Virus record (IMG/VR): IMGVR_UViG_3300031660_001429
Coordinates: 1-54,619 of that record
Direction: 5' to 3' (one strand)
From: a virus
Taxonomy: Duplodnaviria > Caudoviricetes
Length of the DNA: 54,619 nt
A model generated the notes under the pieces. That model was given only the letters and a program-made list of their open reading frames with translations, did no database searches and was not told the DNA's origin. Positions 50,401 to 54,619 of the stretch are shown one piece after another. A program made the position numbers and the translations under genes. Each line of letters starts with the position of its first letter. Positions within the stretch are counted from its first letter, which is position 1.

Positions 50401-52211
50401 AAGGCCGGGACTACGTTGACATCCTGTTGGACATCGTCGGCGAGTACTTCGAACAGTCGAAGCCAGTGGAAGGGGCGGATCGATCGGTGTATGACGCCTG
50501 CTTGATGGGCGTGTCGGCAGCAGACGAGCGTGAGGAGATTGGTGCCCCGGACATTCGAAGGTTGCAAGAGGCACCAACGATATTGAACCTCATGGGGCAG
50601 CCCACGCATCCTGACGAAGTGCTTCTTCAGGACAGCGAGTGGCACGCAGGTTTCTTCAATGGGGAGCTTGATCGGGCTCTGTGCAAACCTGCCCCCGAGC
50701 TGTGGCCGTTCATTGAGAAGGTCGGGGTCAGGCGGCTCAGTGAAAGCGCTGAGGTCGCGCTAGAGTTCGTTGATGGTCAAAGGACTGAGGAACCGCAGCT
50801 TGCCCAAAAGCTGATGGAGAGGATCGACATCCTTGCGCGATTGCTCCACGACAAACCGACGCCAGTCAAACAAAAGGTGCGGAAGGCGCTTTCAGAGCTG
50901 ACTGCCATCAGCTATGAACTGGTGCGCATCCAAGCGTCCGTGCACGTTGGCGGGGATTGGGCATCGGCTCCACCCACGGCAGCGCATGCGTTTTATGACA
51001 TCGACAAACGTCAGCTGATCTTGGCGCGACCGGTGGGAGATCGCAGTTGGCCCCACGTCCTGAATGCCATCTTCCACCAGTTGATGCCAGAAGAGTCTGG
51101 AAGCGAGATCTCGAAACTGACCCTCAGCGTTCGACCGCTGATGAGCATGCCTGTCGAAGAGGCTCACCGAGAACTGACCGATGCGGGCATCCCGTACCTG
51201 GATGCTGAAAGCGCAAGCGGGCAGGCAGATGACTTGACCTCGTCGAGCTTGGACGACATGGGGAGCACGACCGACCCCGGCTACCAGCCAGAGAGCAAGC
51301 CGGATACCGCGTCAGCCGACACGTGCAAAGGTGGGGAACGCACACCGGATAGGCCTGGTACGATTCGGCCGACGGGCGAGCCGAAAACGCCTCACAGGGA
51401 TGAGACACCGCCCGATCCAGGACAACGCGGAACCGGGTCTACGGGCTCGCAAGAACAGACTGTGCCCGCTGGTGACCAGCCTTCTGGGCAGGGCCACGGC
51501 AAGGCTTCGCCGACTGGTGACAAGCGCGCCAAGACGCCACGTCCAAAGCACAAGGAGCAGTGGGATAGGCGACTGCTTTCCTATGTTCGGAAGAAGCAGG
51601 AGGGATCTGCAGATGCCGACGAGCATGAGGGTCCCTCGGAGCACAACCTGGCTGTTGAGGTGGTGGCCCGCTCCGCTGTCTGCGCCTATGAAAAGGCTCG
51701 GGGGCGCGTGGCAGAACAGATGGCCCAAACCCATCCTGGTTACGACATCATCAGCCGAAACCCGCTGACAGGCGAAGACCGGTTCATCGAGGTGAAGGGG
51801 GTCAACGGCGAGTGGAACCAGACGGGCGTAGGCTTGTCCAGGTTGCAGTTCAGCAACGCCCAGGACTACGGCGAGCGCTACTGGCTGTACGTGGTTGAGT
51901 TTGTTTCTGACCCTGAACACACGCGCGTTCACGCCATTCGCAGCCCTGCCACGCAGGTGACGTCGTTCATGTTCGACGGTAACTGGCGCGATGCCGTCGC
52001 CGATGAGCGCGCCGACCCCGCGCTTGCCTTCATCGCCGGCGCCAGGGTGAAGCACCAGCATTTCGGTTTCGGGCGGATCGAGTCGATGGAGCTGCGAGGC
52101 TCGACACGGGTGATGTCCATCGAGTTTGTTACCAGTGGTCGGCGCACGGTCACGCTGAACCTGCAGACGATGACCGTGGTCGAGGAAGACGATGACAACG
52201 ATCATTCCTGA
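47430..52211 (+). CDS. Sacsin-like GHKL ATPase + DUF3883 (NOV-C) nuclease + C-terminal UvrD/PcrA-type Tudor-like domain
   Basis: ELIQNADDA, GRFGIGF, HINADF; GYDI.S....RFIEVKG; GARVKHQHFGFGRI. Confidence 0.85.
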   Translation: MDQRTQPRRSGSYTANLLGNIRSHLAGLQGYDVMALELIQNADDAKAESVVFDITDRGLLVVNSGKFTYCGDLHTRPCSFIASNNYSCDYHRIADVGSGGKLSRGENIGRFGIGFVSTYQVTDHPEIRSSGVKLTLHPEEGQWFIEPFEQPEGTTFFLPWADDPNTEARLALGVSHVSAAHIDQLADDFQRVLRKSLLFLRHVRTAEVRRNGELLLACDLDRGDGSDLIVSFRPSGEVEQWHILRADVAEAAARLYASHPRLESLGRGTKISIGLRIDPEPLAEGVLYAFLPTEQATGLPMHINADFFPESDRKAVIFAGHQHEQAWNEMLIDAAAAELARDPEGLRKMLGDVQLWQILARAFELSKPSNHPACFKRFWERLKVTGAQAQITLTQDGTVQRPSGVFLPRGPLTSHQAKTLLEIGGRLVAEDLRPFQTAINQLGAPILTFDRLVTLLEQAMAQQVPGEVQVEADRLEAFYRPLWSMVNDLLPDAANQTAATNPSIQKLLAIPFVVTEDLYAVTISQSFVAPAALEAGRVASLLPRLAIAAHHILGFPKLARLIRQLELGAVVNHISSMCASEPVEDVIGVEQTELRDLYAMFADLDRQGNVDKTVYQALRNLPIWLSSRGLIKATQALLPGNFTDPTGQADLLETSVLTDYAREFVSSKLGVQTQTIEAFVQNVLPKFFNDDGPLDAQKYTRLITELASHPALVNDENIRRLLGALPIVPTQDGNWSRPTNTYRRTDDLVKVLGDATHLWLDASRVPNARSVHTFIDSLGIRRSPLAQHLVERMLFIAEKYLPTEDAKRASGEAFYVLCDHYDEWKEKPFFPGAINSLRGVACFPAEGDTENWHSGGDLYAPYRAEAFRSQANILDFRNTARLKTELLEDLDVTINPETRLVIDHLQYCMKTGAQPHVSTYQVLNERVRSDPLIPTLAGSRCIYLSSQKAFVRPNQVYWTPQQLGRYAFTIQGDYEVFKPLFSALGVKNAPEGRDYVDILLDIVGEYFEQSKPVEGADRSVYDACLMGVSAADEREEIGAPDIRRLQEAPTILNLMGQPTHPDEVLLQDSEWHAGFFNGELDRALCKPAPELWPFIEKVGVRRLSESAEVALEFVDGQRTEEPQLAQKLMERIDILARLLHDKPTPVKQKVRKALSELTAISYELVRIQASVHVGGDWASAPPTAAHAFYDIDKRQLILARPVGDRSWPHVLNAIFHQLMPEESGSEISKLTLSVRPLMSMPVEEAHRELTDAGIPYLDAESASGQADDLTSSSLDDMGSTTDPGYQPESKPDTASADTCKGGERTPDRPGTIRPTGEPKTPHRDETPPDPGQRGTGSTGSQEQTVPAGDQPSGQGHGKASPTGDKRAKTPRPKHKEQWDRRLLSYVRKKQEGSADADEHEGPSEHNLAVEVVARSAVCAYEKARGRVAEQMAQTHPGYDIISRNPLTGEDRFIEVKGVNGEWNQTGVGLSRLQFSNAQDYGERYWLYVVEFVSDPEHTRVHAIRSPATQVTSFMFDGNWRDAVADERADPALAFIAGARVKHQHFGFGRIESMELRGSTRVMSIEFVTSGRRTVTLNLQTMTVVEEDDDNDHS

Positions 52212-53913
52212 ACTGACCGATGCCCAGCTGGCCGACTTGCCATCCCAGGCAGAGGCAAAGGTCTACAGGGCGTTGAGGGACGGCCTTCCCCGCGACTTTG
52301 TCGTCTTCTTCCAGGTGGGTTGGATCTTGCGCCGAGAAGAAGAGCAGGCCAAGGATGGCGAGACCGACTTCGTCGTCTGTCACCCGGATCTCGGGTACGT
52401 GTGCATCGAAGTCAAGGGCGGCGGCGTCGGGTTCGACTCCAGCAGCGGGGAATGGTTTTCCATCGATCGCCATCATCAAAAGCATGCGATCAACAACCCC
52501 GTCAGCCAGGCTCTGAAAGCCAAGTATTCGATTCGGTCCAAGCTGAATGAACACCAGCGTTGGCGCGATCTGTCGCTCGCCAACGTTCTCAGAGGCCATG
52601 CGGTGTTCTTCCCGGATGTCGGGGATGCGAACGCCCTGAGTCGGCCCGACATGCCGCCGACCCTGATCGGCTGCGCGAAGGATCTCCAAGATCCGAAGGC
52701 GTGGATCGATGCGGTCTTTGCCTATTGGGGTAACGATGCATCGGGATTCACCCCCATGGGCAGGCGCGGCATCGATGTCCTTCGGGATGTGTTTGCACGC
52801 TCTTTCGTAGTCGCTCCGCTGATCTCGTCGCAGTTGGCCGACCAGGAGGCGCGTCGACTGGTTCTCACCAAGGACCAGATTCGCGTGCTCGATTTCCTGC
52901 GCTCCCACCGCAGAGTCGCCGTCAGCGGTGGCGCAGGCACGGGCAAGACTGTGTTGGCACTTGAAAAGGCACGTCGCCTTGCATCCGAGGGGTTCCGAAC
53001 GCTGCTGACTTGCTACAACCGGCAGCTCGCGGACCACCTATCAAGTCTTTGCTCAGCCACCCCGAATCTGGATGTGATGAGCTTCCACCAACTGTGCCAC
53101 CGGCAGGTTGAGAGGGCCAATCGTGCATCTGGGCGGGATCTGGTTTCCGAAGCCAAGGTCACCTATCCGGGCAAGGATCTCTACGAGGTGCAACTACCCA
53201 ACGCGCTCGGATACTCCCTCGAAATCCTCCCGGATCGGTACGACGCCATCGTCTGCGACGAGGGCCAGGACTTTCGCGAGGAGTTCTGGGTTCCGCTCGA
53301 GTTGCTACTGACTGACTATGACAGCAGCCCGCTGTACGTGTTCTACGACGACAACCAGAACCTGTATGCCCGCGCAGGGACTTTCCCCATCCGCGACGAG
53401 CCATTCTCGTTGACTACGAATTGCCGCAATACGGCGCCGATTCACGAAGCCGCCTACAAGCACTACAAGGGCGTGCCAGTGAGTCCACCTGACATTCAGG
53501 GTGATGACGTTCAGTTTGACGAGTCGCCAAGCCGAGACCCACAGGCAGCCAAGATCAATGCTCGCATCGTCGACCTGGTTGCGAAACAGGGTGTCGCGCC
53601 CGGCGACATCACGGTGCTGGTGGCCGATGCCCTGCACAAGGCCGAGTACTACGCTGCCCTGAAAAGACTTCCGTTGCCGAAGCCAGCGACTTGGCTTGAG
53701 GAGGGGGTTCGAGGCAAGTCCACTGTCCTGATCGACACCATCCAACGGTTCAAGGGTCTCGAATCGCCGATCGTGATCTTGTGGGGTTTGGACACCATCG
53801 ACTTGTCACAGCGGCAAGAACTGCTCTACGTCGGCATGAGCCGCGCGAAGTCGCTGCTGGTCATCGTGGGGCGTGCGGCAACTTGCGCTTTATTCAAAGA
53901 TGCGACACTCTGA
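52192..53913 (+). CDS. NERD nuclease + SF1 (UvrD-like) helicase
   Basis: ETDFVV...IEVKGG; GGAGTGKT; DEGQD; N.RN; FKGLE; YVGMSRA. Confidence 0.9.
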   Translation: MTTIIPELTDAQLADLPSQAEAKVYRALRDGLPRDFVVFFQVGWILRREEEQAKDGETDFVVCHPDLGYVCIEVKGGGVGFDSSSGEWFSIDRHHQKHAINNPVSQALKAKYSIRSKLNEHQRWRDLSLANVLRGHAVFFPDVGDANALSRPDMPPTLIGCAKDLQDPKAWIDAVFAYWGNDASGFTPMGRRGIDVLRDVFARSFVVAPLISSQLADQEARRLVLTKDQIRVLDFLRSHRRVAVSGGAGTGKTVLALEKARRLASEGFRTLLTCYNRQLADHLSSLCSATPNLDVMSFHQLCHRQVERANRASGRDLVSEAKVTYPGKDLYEVQLPNALGYSLEILPDRYDAIVCDEGQDFREEFWVPLELLLTDYDSSPLYVFYDDNQNLYARAGTFPIRDEPFSLTTNCRNTAPIHEAAYKHYKGVPVSPPDIQGDDVQFDESPSRDPQAAKINARIVDLVAKQGVAPGDITVLVADALHKAEYYAALKRLPLPKPATWLEEGVRGKSTVLIDTIQRFKGLESPIVILWGLDTIDLSQRQELLYVGMSRAKSLLVIVGRAATCALFKDATL

Positions 53914-54094
53914 TTTGCGGACGCGGGTTCAATTCCGCAAATGGGAATCGAACTGGCGCCCTCAGTGATGCCCTGGACGGATGACCTCGATAAGGCAGAA
54001 CTGGTAGGATTGCAGGCATGAAGGGCTGGATTCCGCACCTTTCCGCAGGAGTTCGCAGCGGTTCTAGGGCGCTGAGTTACATAGGTTTGGCGCA

Positions 54095-54154
54095 GGGTTC
54101 CACGCCACCACCATAATGTGAAATCCCAACCCTTATCCGGTTGGGATTTTTTTT
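54095..54154 (+). terminator. tRNA/tmRNA-3'-like end (..GCCACCACCA) followed by intrinsic terminator; possible attR
   Basis: GGGTTCCACGCCACCACCA 54095-54113; AAATCCCAACC-N7-GGTTGGGATTT plus T run 54121-54154. Confidence 0.5.
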
Positions 54155-54381
54155 GCCCGTTCCCCCTGTGTTGGCGCGGTTTCGGGCATCTGCCTCTTGA
54201 GCGCGCCCCTTGGGAAGTCGCCGTTCCAGGCGCGCTTTCCGCCGTTTTTCTCTCTCTGTTCTCTGTTGGTCTCTTGACCGTGCAAGTGCCGAAGTCCGCT
54301 GTTTTCGTGGGTTTGAGGGTCAGCAGTTGCGTTTTTCGTTTGCATAGCGCTGGCGACCGAAAACGGACAAGTGCGGGGGCG

Positions 54382-54492
54382 TCACGCACCCGTAGCCGGT
54401 TGCAGTGCGATGACCGCCATGCCGACCAATGCGATGGCCGCTCCTACGAAGTCCCAGCGGGTCAGCGCAACGCCGTCGACAAAGTGCAGCCA
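54382..54492 (-). pseudogene. ynfA: 3' fragment of a YnfA-family (SMR-like) membrane protein gene, interrupted by IS
   Basis: [28 protein letters not shown] matches the YnfA C-terminus; similarity stops exactly at the TG at 54493. Confidence 0.7.
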
Positions 54493-54619
54493 TGTTGGCG
54501 CTGATGGAAAATTGACCCACCCTGCCGATTGAAATTTGACCCAGGGCGGATTGCTGATTTGTGCATCAGCAACTGTGGATAAGTTTAGCAACGCAGCTGC
54601 TTTTTAATCCCTCCTTTCG
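54493..54619. mobile_element. IS21-family insertion sequence end (continues beyond window)
   Basis: Starts TGTT; tandem GAAAATTGACCCA (54507) and GAAATTTGACCCA (54531), typical of IS21-family ends. Confidence 0.8.

Noticed and set aside
54040-54113. Intact tRNA gene
   Set aside because: Only a CCA-like 3' end is present; I could not build a cloverleaf or a canonical T-loop
53826-54520. ORFs 53826-54389, 54118-54504 and 54133-54345
   Set aside because: They span a terminator and low-complexity junction DNA with no protein motifs

Overview
The window holds most of a GC-rich proteobacterial prophage (about 1-33.8 kb; its left end, integrase and repressor lie outside the window), followed by a defence cargo block and a junction with an IS. 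The prophage runs in this order: (1) replication and recombination module (SF2 helicase, Cas4-like exonuclease, TOPRIM/AAA primase-helicase, iteron-rich putative origin, RuvC-like resolvase, HTH late regulator); (2) lambda-like cos signal; (3) two ParB-fused orphan DNA methyltransferases; (4) a reverse-strand cluster of small genes, each transcription unit headed by the same 28-bp motif; (5) lambda-type head genes; (6) a non-contractile tail with a GT-A glycosyltransferase-like gene inside the tail operon; (7) a lysis cassette with an embedded Rz1. The cargo (33.8-53.9 kb) is a WYL-hsdM-hsdS-hsdR-M48 peptidase-mcrB-mcrC-COG2958 operon, divergent from a two-gene unit: a sacsin-like GHKL ATPase-DUF3883 nuclease ending in a UvrD/PcrA-type Tudor-like domain, plus a NERD-SF1 helicase. 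The window ends with a CCA-like 3' end and terminator, a truncated ynfA and an IS21-family end. The best candidates for an undescribed system are the five-copy GCTTGGCTT-N10-CAGCGCGTT regulon of small phage genes and the ATPase-nuclease-Tudor / NERD-helicase pair. Family names come from motif recognition by eye, not database searches.
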